15,134 nucleotides of DNA from contig JBFGLM010000082.1 of NCBI GenBank assembly GCA_041576165.1, positions 1-15,134 on the forward strand, given 5' to 3'. Of this stretch, positions 7,559-14,938 are shown piece after piece (position 1 is the first letter of the stretch; the number at the start of each line of letters is the position of its first letter). Under the pieces are notes generated by a model, which saw only the letters and a program-made list of their open reading frames with translations, made no database searches and was not told the DNA's origin. This DNA is from Acidimicrobiia bacterium (GTDB lineage: Bacteria > Actinomycetota > Acidimicrobiia > Spongiisociales > Spongiisociaceae). Position numbers and translations under genes: made by a program.

Positions 7559-8913
7559 TGGTCGATTTCTCGGCTCTCCACGTTGCGCTCAGCGCAGTGC
7601 GGGCTGCCCGTACCGGGCTGGACACAACCTCCAACAACGTCGCCAACGTGTCGACGCCGGGTTACACGCGTCAGCGGGTGGCCCTGCAGTCCTCGTTGTC
7701 CCGGGAGACCACCGGCGGTTTGGTCGGCACCGGCGTCACGGTGGCCGACATCGGGCGTGTCCGCAATCAACTGGCAGACGTGCGTGTGCGCAGCAGCGCA
7801 TCGTCGCTGGCGTACGTGGACGTGCGCGCCCAGCTGCTGAGTAATGCCGAGACCGTCTTCGCCGAACCGGACCACGGCATCAGTCACGTGCTGAATGACC
7901 TCTGGGCCTCGTTCGACGACCTGGTGCTGAGCCCGACCGATCCGGGGGCCCGCCACGCAGCCCTGGCCGGCCTCGACGGTACTGCCACGAGATTCCGTCA
8001 GGTCGCCTCCGAATTGACCGACCTGGGCAACATCACCCGCGATTCTCTTCGGCTGGCTGTGGACGAGGTGAACTCGATTCTGACCGAGGTTGCTGAACTG
8101 AACGACAAGATCGTCGGCACTGTCGACCACCCAGCCGACCTGCTGGATCGCCGGGACATGTTGTTGGATCAGCTCTCGTCGCTGGCCGGCGTCAAGGTGA
8201 TCGGTCACGATGACGGTTCGGTCCGGGTGACACTCAACGGATTGTCGCTGGTGTCCGAGGTGCAGGTGACGCCACTGTCCTTCGACCCGTCCACGGGAGC
8301 GATCAGTGCCGGTGCGGTACAGCTCACCCCCGACGGCGAGTTGGGCGGCCTGCAGACATTCCTGACCCAGGACCTCGTCGACATGCAGGCTCAACTGGAT
8401 ACGCTGGCTGAGGACCTGGCGGACGCCCTGAACGCCCGTCATGGTGCCGGCTACTCCGCGTCGGGGCCGGGTGGGCCGCTGCTCAGCTACACGCCCGGCG
8501 CGGCAGCCTCAACTCTCCAGGTAGCAATCACATCGCCCGACGATCTGGCGACCGCCGGCAGTCCCGGCCCCCCGTTTCCCGAATTCGACACCACTGCAGT
8601 CGAGTCAATGGCAGCTCTCCGTGACGACCTCGTATCCGGAGGCGGCACCATCTCGCTGGCTACTGCGCTGCGCGAACTCATCACCGACGTCGGCCAGCGG
8701 ACCGCAGTCGCCCAGTCGGGTGCCGCCAGCTCGGCCCAGCTGTACCAGGCGTCGCTCGACGAACGCGAGTCGGAGCATGGCGTTTCGCTCGACGAGGAAA
8801 TGGTTTCACTCATGGAATATCAGCGGATGTACGAGGCGGCATCGAGAGTCATCACAGCAGTTGATCAGGCGCTCGATGTGCTCGTCAACAGGACCGGGGT
8901 CGTAGGGAGGTAA
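7558..8913 (+). CDS. flgK: Hook-filament junction protein FlgK (HAP1)
   Basis: N-terminal LDTTSNNVANVSTPGYTRQRV, internal DLLDRRDMLLDQLS, C-terminal GVSLDEEMVSLMEYQRMYEAASRVI. Confidence 0.96.
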   Translation: MVDFSALHVALSAVRAARTGLDTTSNNVANVSTPGYTRQRVALQSSLSRETTGGLVGTGVTVADIGRVRNQLADVRVRSSASSLAYVDVRAQLLSNAETVFAEPDHGISHVLNDLWASFDDLVLSPTDPGARHAALAGLDGTATRFRQVASELTDLGNITRDSLRLAVDEVNSILTEVAELNDKIVGTVDHPADLLDRRDMLLDQLSSLAGVKVIGHDDGSVRVTLNGLSLVSEVQVTPLSFDPSTGAISAGAVQLTPDGELGGLQTFLTQDLVDMQAQLDTLAEDLADALNARHGAGYSASGPGGPLLSYTPGAAASTLQVAITSPDDLATAGSPGPPFPEFDTTAVESMAALRDDLVSGGGTISLATALRELITDVGQRTAVAQSGAASSAQLYQASLDERESEHGVSLDEEMVSLMEYQRMYEAASRVITAVDQALDVLVNRTGVVGR

Positions 8914-8917
8914 CGAC

Positions 8918-9802
8918 ATGCGAATCACCCAGGGCTTGATCGTTTCGCGAACCAGGAGCCAGCTCGCGCAAAGACTGGAGCAGTACCAGTCCACCCAAAA
9001 ACAGGTCGCCAGCGGGCGCCGGATCGAGCGGCCCAGCGACGACGTGGCCGGGATCGACCGGTCGCTGCGGGCGCGCGCCGCCCGGGCCGCTCGAATTCAA
9101 GAATCACGCAACGCTGATGACGCCAAGACGTGGCTGAACCTCGCCGACTCCAAGCTGCAGGGCGCGGTGTCCTCGCTGCAGCGAGCGCGTGAGCTGGTGA
9201 TTGCGGCCGGAGACCCGGCCGACCAGGTCGCCCGGGACGCTATCGCCAACGAGCTGCTGGCGATCCGCGATGAACTGGTCAGCGTGGCCAACTCGAAGAG
9301 CCAGGGGCGGTCGCTGTTCGCCGGGACGCTGCCGACCGACGCAGTGACCCTCGTGGGTGGGGTTTGGACCTACACCGGCAACCCTGATGCCATCTTTCGC
9401 AAGCTGGCGGGTGAGCACCGGGTCCAGGTCAACGTCACGGCGGACGACGTCTTCGGCTTCACCCGCGGCACCAACGTATTCTCGGTCCTGGAATCGGCCG
9501 CTGCCGCCGTCAGAGCCGGAGATACTGCCGGCATCGACACGGGCATCTCCGCTCTGGACGGCTCGCTCGAGGATGTTCTGACGGGTCTGACCCGGTTGGG
9601 CACTGCCACCAACCAGGTCGAGGCGGCCCAGATCGATCAACAGCGCGACATCGGCTCGCTCGATGTCATGGTCTCCGACATCGAAGATATCGATCTAGCC
9701 GAGTCGATCATGGAGATGCAACTCCAGGAAGTCGCTTACCAGGCGGCGCTGTCGGCCTCGAGCCGGGCTCTGCAACCTTCGCTGGTGGATTTCCTGGCCT
9801 AG
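8918..9802 (+). CDS. flgL: Hook-filament junction protein FlgL (HAP3)
   Basis: MRITQ start, QVASGRRIERPSDD, GRSLFAG, C-terminal EDIDLAE...YQAAL...QPSLVDFL; AGGGAGG RBS; follows flgK. Confidence 0.95.
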   Translation: MRITQGLIVSRTRSQLAQRLEQYQSTQKQVASGRRIERPSDDVAGIDRSLRARAARAARIQESRNADDAKTWLNLADSKLQGAVSSLQRARELVIAAGDPADQVARDAIANELLAIRDELVSVANSKSQGRSLFAGTLPTDAVTLVGGVWTYTGNPDAIFRKLAGEHRVQVNVTADDVFGFTRGTNVFSVLESAAAAVRAGDTAGIDTGISALDGSLEDVLTGLTRLGTATNQVEAAQIDQQRDIGSLDVMVSDIEDIDLAESIMEMQLQEVAYQAALSASSRALQPSLVDFLA

Positions 9803-9835
9803 TCGGGCCGGTACCCTGTTCGACGCGCTACAGAT

Positions 9836-10255
9836 TTGGAGCCGCTCTTGACGCACGACATCCCGATTGACGCTGCTGAGGTGATCACATTTGAAGACGG
9901 AATACCGGGCTTTCCCGACCATCGGGAATTTGTGATAGTGAACTTCGTCCAGGACGGCGCTTTCCAGGTGTTGCAGAGCGTTGCGGACGAGAACCTCTCG
10001 ATGATCGTGGCGTCGCCCTGGTTGTTCTTCCCGGACTACGAGCCCGAGCTCACCTCTTTGGACCAGAATGGGCTGGCGCTGCACGATCCGGCTGAAGCCG
10101 TCGTCTTCTGTCCGGTAACGATCAGCGGTGGCTCGCTCTTCATGAACCTGCTGGGACCCTTTGTCGTGAACGCCAGGAACCGCCTGGGACGCCAGGTCGT
10201 ATTGGTGGACGGCCAGTACGAGGTGCGGACGCCCATCCCGGTGCAGGTGGCGTGA
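9836..10255 (+). CDS. fliW: Flagellar assembly factor FliW (CsrA antagonist)
   Basis: ITFEDGIPGFP, LQSV, SPWLFFPDYE, NLLGPFVVN...GRQVVL motifs; sits between flgL and csrA. TTG start uncertain. Confidence 0.92.
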   Translation: MEPLLTHDIPIDAAEVITFEDGIPGFPDHREFVIVNFVQDGAFQVLQSVADENLSMIVASPWLFFPDYEPELTSLDQNGLALHDPAEAVVFCPVTISGGSLFMNLLGPFVVNARNRLGRQVVLVDGQYEVRTPIPVQVA

Positions 10256-10494
10256 TGCTGGTGCTGTCGCGTCGTGAAGGTGAATCGATCGTCATCGGCA
10301 ACGACATCGTTGTGACCGTGCTCGAGGTTCGGGCCGGCCAGATCCGCATCGGGATCGACGCGCCCCGCGAGCTGCAGGTGCACCGCCAGGAGATCTACCA
10401 CCAGGTGATGGCCGCCAACAAAGAAGCGGTCGCCTCGGCCGACACGGATGCCGATGCGCTGCGCCGATTCTCCGGGGCCCGCCGCGACGCGTAA
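10255..10494 (+). CDS. csrA: Carbon storage regulator CsrA (FliW-partnered type)
   Basis: MLVLSRREGESIVIG...IRIGIDAPRELQVHRQEIY; C-terminal extension with Asn at position 55; TGATG overlap with fliW. Confidence 0.96.
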   Translation: MLVLSRREGESIVIGNDIVVTVLEVRAGQIRIGIDAPRELQVHRQEIYHQVMAANKEAVASADTDADALRRFSGARRDA

Positions 10495-10532
10495 GCGGTG
10501 GTTCCGGTAATCGAGGCTGTGTAGGCCGGGCC

Positions 10533-10952
10533 TCAGATGCGTCGGGACAGGTCGTTGAGGGCTTCAGTTGCTGCCCCGGCGCAACGTTCCTGTGCCTCGT
10601 CGATCTCCTCCATCATGAGCACGACCGAGTCGCGGATCTCGGTCAGGCGCTGCGCCATCTCGGGGTCGCTGCGGTCGATGACCCTGCTCATGGTGGGATG
10701 TTCGCTCTCACCGAGGGCGGCGGCGATGCGGGAGACCGCCAGGTCGCGGTGCAGGTCGGCAATGCCTATCTGCTGGCGCACTTCGCTGATCTCGTCAACC
10801 GCCCGGCCGAGCATCGTGTCCTGGCGGGCCCGCAGCAGGCGTTCCAACCCGTCGAACCGATAGTTGAGAATCTCGAGCAGGCGCAGCTCGTGCTCGAGCC
10901 ACGATGCGAGCTGTTCAGTCGCCTGGCGAGCACTGGTGCGAGGACTGTTCAT
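10533..10952 (-). CDS. Second FlgN-like chaperone paralog (139 aa)
   Basis: ATG at 10952 (the track extends the ORF upstream to 11186). EQLASWLEHELRLLEILNYRF...LL...AVDEI...R...IAAALG...TMSRV aligns by eye with flgN at 7046-7558 but lacks its C-terminal tail. Confidence 0.7.
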   Translation of the reverse strand: MNSPRTSARQATEQLASWLEHELRLLEILNYRFDGLERLLRARQDTMLGRAVDEISEVRQQIGIADLHRDLAVSRIAAALGESEHPTMSRVIDRSDPEMAQRLTEIRDSVVLMMEEIDEAQERCAGAATEALNDLSRRI

Positions 10953-11158
10953 CGCCGGTCCCCGTGCGGCTCCGGCTCGCCGGCCAGCTCCTCGCTGAGC
11001 AGCACGCGGGCCGGGTGCAGGCCGAGCGGACCCGGCGTCTGGATGGCGGCGACCACGCTCTGCGCACGGCGGTGGACCTCGGCATAACTGGGTCCGGCCA
11101 GGCGGCCGGTGATCGTGTGGAGGCGTTGCAATGCGCGTGATGAGCTGTGGGCTGTCAC
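10949..11158 (-). CDS. Small hypothetical protein (69 aa) in the flgM-like position upstream of the flgN paralog
   Basis: GTG at 11158 lies 10 nt after a sigma28-type -10 box; its TGA overlaps the downstream ATG (ATGA). No recognisable family. Confidence 0.55.
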   Translation of the reverse strand: MTAHSSSRALQRLHTITGRLAGPSYAEVHRRAQSVVAAIQTPGPLGLHPARVLLSEELAGEPEPHGDRR

Positions 11159-11168
11159 GAAAGTGCCT

Positions 11169-11194
11169 GTCGGCCGCACCCGCCACAAACTAAG
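11169..11194 (-). promoter_or_regulatory. Putative sigma28-type promoter for the small ORF and flgN-like gene
   Basis: Minus strand CTTA(11194-11191)-N16-GCCGAC(11174-11169). Confidence 0.68.
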
Positions 11195-11207
11195 GGTTTC
11201 GGTACCG

Positions 11208-11243
11208 AGTTCACGAATTGTGACTCAAGTTCACTCCTAGTGA
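11208..11243. promoter_or_regulatory. Tandem AGTTCAC-N5-GTGA operator sites (BldD-box-like, TNAC-N5-GTNA)
   Basis: TCACGAATTGTGA at 11211-11223 and TCACTCCTAGTGA at 11231-11243, each preceded by AGT, 20-bp period, flanking the -35 of the fliA promoter. Confidence 0.6.
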
Positions 11244-11250
11244 GGTCGAT
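11224..11250 (+). promoter_or_regulatory. Putative sigma28-type (autoregulatory) promoter for fliA
   Basis: CTCA(11224-11227)-N17-GTCGAT(11245-11250), followed by an AAGGGGG RBS and ATG 11284. Confidence 0.55.
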
Positions 11251-11283
11251 GCCTTCGGGGACAAAAGTCAAGGGGGACAAGAG

Positions 11284-12099
11284 ATGGATGAACGCCGCCC
11301 TGCGGTGGATGCGCTCGTGACCGAGAACATTGACCTCGTCGGTCACATCGTGCGCTCGGTCGCCGCTCGATACCCACGTCACGTAGACCGCAACGACCTA
11401 TGGAACGCGGGCGCTCTTGGCCTCGTTGAAGCCGCCAACCGCTTCGACTCCGCTAGTGAGATTCCTTTCCAGCGATATGCCGCCATCCGCATCCGGGGCG
11501 CCATCATCGACTCGACCCGCACCCGGGACTGGGCCACCCGGGCAGTCCGGCGGGAGCTGCGCGAAGTACGGATGACCGAAGAAGAACTCGAGCGCCGCTC
11601 TGGGCAGATCCCTACCGACGATCAGGTGGCGGATGCCGTGGGGATCACCAAAGATGAACTCAACCGCCGGCGTTACAACGAGAGCGCGGCGACGCTGCTG
11701 CACCTCGATCAGCAGAACGGCGAAGACGCCACGCTGGGCGACATGCTGGAGGACGAAGACCTGGTGACCCGCCCCGATACGCGGCTGGAACAGCAGGAAA
11801 TGCTGGGAACGCTGCGGGAAGCTGTCAAGGGCCTCCAGGGTCGCCAGGCTGAGATCATCCGCCGCTACTACCTCGAAGGCGATTTGATGCGGGACATCGC
11901 CGACGACCTGGGCATCACCGAAGCCCGGGTGTCACAAATCCGCAGCGAAGCACTGGCGGCCATGCGCACCTACTTCTCGACTCTGTATGAAGAGATCACG
12001 CCCGCCCCCGAAACCCTGCCCGGCAAGCGAGCCCGCAGCGCCTACGTCGCGGCAGTGGCTGCTGAGTCGTCCTGGCGGGATCGAATCGAAGTTTCCTGA
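11284..12099 (+). CDS. fliA: RNA polymerase sigma factor, FliA/WhiG (sigma28) family
   Basis: Region 2 DLWNAGALGLVEAANRFD...YAAIRIRGAIIDSTRTRDW; region 3 PTDDQVADAVGI; region 4 IADDLGITEARVSQIRSEAL; C-terminal RSAYVAAVAA tail as in actinobacterial flagellar sigmas. Confidence 0.92.
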   Translation: MDERRPAVDALVTENIDLVGHIVRSVAARYPRHVDRNDLWNAGALGLVEAANRFDSASEIPFQRYAAIRIRGAIIDSTRTRDWATRAVRRELREVRMTEEELERRSGQIPTDDQVADAVGITKDELNRRRYNESAATLLHLDQQNGEDATLGDMLEDEDLVTRPDTRLEQQEMLGTLREAVKGLQGRQAEIIRRYYLEGDLMRDIADDLGITEARVSQIRSEALAAMRTYFSTLYEEITPAPETLPGKRARSAYVAAVAAESSWRDRIEVS

Positions 12100-12926
12100 T
12101 GGCTGCCCTCGACCGCACCACATCGGTCGAGGTCGCCGGTGCGGGCAAGGCCGGCACCGAGCAAGGCGGATTCCGCAGCGGGCTCCTTGATCTGTGGCGC
12201 GAAGCCTCGCGTTCAGACCCGGATCTGCACGCGGTTGCCTCGCATCTGAGCACCGTCCCGGACGTTGCCGCGGCCACGCTGCGGTTTGCCAACTCCGCCT
12301 ATATCGGTGCGGCCTATCCAGTCGGATCTGTTCTGCAGGGTGTCGTCCGCGTGGGTTGCCGCACCGTCGGGTCGCTGGTGGCCGCTCGCCTGGGTCGATC
12401 GGTCATCAACCAATGGGGCGACGATGAAACGTGGGGACGGGCGCTGGTCATCGGGCGGGGCGCCAAGGTCATGGGTCGGCTGGGCGGTCTCGGCCACGAC
12501 GACTGCGAGCAGCTGTTCGTGGCCGGCCTGTTCGCCGAGATGGGAACGCTGATGCTGGAGAAACGAGACGCTCGTTACGCGCAGTGGAAAGCCGATGCTC
12601 AGGGGATGGGTTTCACGATCGACGAGCTGCTCGCCCAGGAACGCCTCGTGTTCGGAGCCGATCATCCTTCGCTGGGCGGGACGGTTCTCGAGGGTTGGAA
12701 TCTACCGGCCCAGATCGCGGCGGCAGTTGCCCACCACCATTGCCCGGCCAATCGATTCGAGATGGTCCTGGCAACTGCGATGCGGATACCGCAAGGCGTG
12801 ACGTGCATCGACCAGTCGTTGGAGGACGGCCTCATCGACCTGGGCCTCGATCACCATCACGCCTTCATCGAACGCGAATCCAAGATGTTTGCGAACGCAG
12901 CCGCCGCCGTCCTTGACGCGGAGTGA
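12099..12926 (+). CDS. HDOD-domain protein (degenerate HD site)
   Basis: PDVAAATLRFANSAY...SVLQGVVRVG, FVAGLFAEMG (HD replaced by AE), ERLVFGADHPSLG..VLEGWNLPAQIAAAVAHHH; TGATG-coupled to fliA. Confidence 0.85.
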   Translation: MAALDRTTSVEVAGAGKAGTEQGGFRSGLLDLWREASRSDPDLHAVASHLSTVPDVAAATLRFANSAYIGAAYPVGSVLQGVVRVGCRTVGSLVAARLGRSVINQWGDDETWGRALVIGRGAKVMGRLGGLGHDDCEQLFVAGLFAEMGTLMLEKRDARYAQWKADAQGMGFTIDELLAQERLVFGADHPSLGGTVLEGWNLPAQIAAAVAHHHCPANRFEMVLATAMRIPQGVTCIDQSLEDGLIDLGLDHHHAFIERESKMFANAAAAVLDAE

Positions 12927-12952
12927 ACGCCAGCCCATCTGCCCGGCCGACG

Positions 12953-12978
12953 CTAATCAGGCGACGAGCACGGCCGAC
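12953..12978 (+). promoter_or_regulatory. Putative sigma28-type promoter for the pentapeptide/K+-channel and second HDOD genes
   Basis: CTAA(12953-12956)-N16-GCCGAC(12973-12978) in the 81-nt intergenic gap. Confidence 0.68.
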
Positions 12979-13007
12979 GGGAATGAAGCAGCCACCGCGG
13001 AGGGGCA

Positions 13008-14003
13008 ATGACGCAACCTGACGCCACCTTGACTCCTGCGACGAGTGCCAGCCCCGTCATCGGACCCGGGGCCGATCTGCGCGGCGCCCGCCTGGTCGGC
13101 AAGGACCTATCGGGTCAGAACCTGGCCGGGTGCGACCTGACCGATGCCGACCTGACCGATGCCAACCTGAGCGGGGCCTTCCTGACCGGCGCCAGGCTGG
13201 TGGGCGCCACCCTGCATGCGGCCAACCTCGAAGGCGCCCAGCTGCTCGGGGCCGACCTCACCGACGTCGACCTGGCGGAGGCCAAGGCGCGGGGAGCAGT
13301 GTTCGGCAAGGCGCAACTCACCGACGCCAGTCTCTTCGGGGCCGACCTGAGCGACGCGTCACTGACCCTGGCTTGTCTCGAGAATGCGGACCTGCGCGCG
13401 GCCACGCTGGCCGGGGCCCGGCTACGGGGTAGCGGCCTCCGCGGCACCGACCTCTCCCGAACAGACCTGCGGGGGGCGGACCTCACCGAAGCTGACGTGC
13501 ACAACGCCCGTTTCGTCGACGCCGACCTGCGTGAGGCCCGGGTGCGCATGGTGGTGGGATTTGACCAAGCCGACTGGATCGGGGTGGACATCACCGGCGT
13601 CGATTTTGCAGGCGCCTACATGCTGCGGCGGGTCATCATCGACCAGAACTACCTGCACGAATTCCGGACGCGGGGCCGCCTCAGCCGGGTCGTCTATTGG
13701 ATCTGGTGGATCACATCTGATTGCGGCCGCAGCTTTGGCCGCTGGGCTGCTTGGACGGCACTGCTGGCCGTCACCTTCGCCGGCCTCTATACGCAGGTGT
13801 CGGTCGACTACGGGGACTACCAGACCGCCCTCTCGCCCCTGTACTTCAGCGTGGTGACGCTGACGACGCTCGGGTACGGCGATGTTCTCCCTGCGTCGTT
13901 GTCGGCCCAGGTGCTGGTGCTGGCCGAGGTCGTGACCGGCTATGTGATGCTCGGCGGGCTCCTGGCGATATTCGCCACCAAGATGGGTCGCCGGGCCGAA
14001 TGA
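13008..14003 (+). CDS. Pentapeptide-repeat protein fused to a 2-TM potassium channel pore (Ion_trans_2/KcsA-like)
   Basis: About 180 aa of A(D/N)Lxx repeats, then TM1, pore helix LYFSVVTL, selectivity filter TTLGYGD (nt 13863-13883) and TM2; GGAGGGG RBS. Confidence 0.92.
   Translation: MTQPDATLTPATSASPVIGPGADLRGARLVGKDLSGQNLAGCDLTDADLTDANLSGAFLTGARLVGATLHAANLEGAQLLGADLTDVDLAEAKARGAVFGKAQLTDASLFGADLSDASLTLACLENADLRAATLAGARLRGSGLRGTDLSRTDLRGADLTEADVHNARFVDADLREARVRMVVGFDQADWIGVDITGVDFAGAYMLRRVIIDQNYLHEFRTRGRLSRVVYWIWWITSDCGRSFGRWAAWTALLAVTFAGLYTQVSVDYGDYQTALSPLYFSVVTLTTLGYGDVLPASLSAQVLVLAEVVTGYVMLGGLLAIFATKMGRRAE
13071..13615 (+). repeat. Pentapeptide repeat coding region (15-nt periodicity, GCCGACCTG-like units)
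   Basis: Protein repeats ADLRG, CDLTD, ADLTD, ANLSG, ANLEG, ADLSD, ADLRA, TDLRG, ADLTE, ADLRE. Confidence 0.88.
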
Positions 14004-14013
14004 GGAGAAGGGG

Positions 14014-14862
14014 ATGCTGAAGTCATTGCGAAAGAAGAGGGAGGTCGATGCCGGCGCCGGTCTGCGGGAGGCGCTAGGCGACTACTCGCTCCCGACCTTT
14101 CCCGATGTGATTGCTTCGGCGATGGCGCTACTCGCCTCGCCTGATGTCAATCTCGGCGAGGTGGGCGACACGCTCAGCCGGGATCCGGGCATCACGGCGC
14201 GGTTGCTGCGCATCGCCAACTCCACCATGTTCGCCCCGCGCCGCCCGATCACCAGCGCTCGGCATGCAGTGACGATGCTCGGTCGCAACGAGGTGGAAGG
14301 GCTGCTGATCTCGATGGGGGTCCAGCAGAGCCTCCCAATGCAGGCCGTAGGACGTTTTGATCCCCGGGACTTCTGGCTGGTGTCGTCGCGACGGGCTGTG
14401 ATGGCCGCTTCGATCGCCGGGATTATCGATCCGTCGGCCCGCGCGGAGAGTTTCACGGCGGCGCTGCTCCAAGACATGGCGCTCCCGGTGCTGGCCGCCA
14501 ACGGTGACGGCTATTCGGAGGTGCTGGAGCAGGCTCATGCCTCTGAGCGCGACCTGGTCACTGTCGAGAACGAGCGCTACGGATGGCACCATGGGGTGGT
14601 TGGCGGCTGGATGTGCGCCCGGTGGGAGTTTCCCGAAAGCCTGGCGAACGCGGTCACCGGGCATCACGATCTGGAGCCGCAGGGGCCGGATCTGCCGATC
14701 GCAACGGCCGTGTCATTCATTTCCCCTTCCGGCGAGGACGCCCAGGTGGAACGAACCGTCGATGTCATCCACGCGGCCTACGGCATCCCGTCCGACGAGA
14801 TCATCTCGCTGCTCGAGACCTCGGCCGTCGAGGCCGGTGAGGTGGCGGCCACCTTCGGCTGA
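14014..14862 (+). CDS. HDOD-domain protein (second copy)
   Basis: LPTFPDV, DPGITARLLRIANS, AVTMLG, FW, FTAALLQDMA (HD replaced by QD), E...GWHHGVVGGWMCARWEFPESLANAVTGHH; GAGGAG RBS. Confidence 0.9.
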   Translation: MLKSLRKKREVDAGAGLREALGDYSLPTFPDVIASAMALLASPDVNLGEVGDTLSRDPGITARLLRIANSTMFAPRRPITSARHAVTMLGRNEVEGLLISMGVQQSLPMQAVGRFDPRDFWLVSSRRAVMAASIAGIIDPSARAESFTAALLQDMALPVLAANGDGYSEVLEQAHASERDLVTVENERYGWHHGVVGGWMCARWEFPESLANAVTGHHDLEPQGPDLPIATAVSFISPSGEDAQVERTVDVIHAAYGIPSDEIISLLETSAVEAGEVAATFG

Positions 14863-14938
14863 GCGGCGCCCGCCAAGGTTGGCCCTCTGAGCAGATGGCC
14901 ATGAGAATCCAGACGTGCGATCTATCGTCAAGTTCGAC

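Noticed and set aside
5578-8442. Long overlapping track ORFs (5578-6615 +, 6794-7516 -, 7522-8442 -)
   Set aside because: Antisense to well-supported genes with no recognisable motifs; expected in high-GC DNA.
8918-9802. Flagellin (fliC) call for this ORF
   Set aside because: MRITQ start, SLVDFL end and position after flgK indicate FlgL.
10953-11186. N-terminal extension of the 217-aa track ORF 10533-11186
   Set aside because: Low-complexity Pro/Arg/Gly sequence starting inside the predicted promoter; ATG 10952 with an ATGA-coupled upstream ORF fits better.
11219-11235. CRP/GlxR-like site TGTGA...TCACT
   Set aside because: Spacer is 7 nt rather than the required 6; better explained as the junction of two TCAC-N5-GTGA boxes.
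10533-12099. WhiG-RsiG c-di-GMP sigma/anti-sigma pair
   Set aside because: Neither small upstream protein has the RsiG ExxxSxxRxxxQxxxD motif, and the sigma has GHIVRS where WhiG has KYVAGR.
13071-13615. 15-nt periodic DNA repeats as a CRISPR-like array or extra promoter -10 boxes
   Set aside because: Fully explained by Ala-Asp-Leu codons of pentapeptide repeats; no spacers and no -35 partners.
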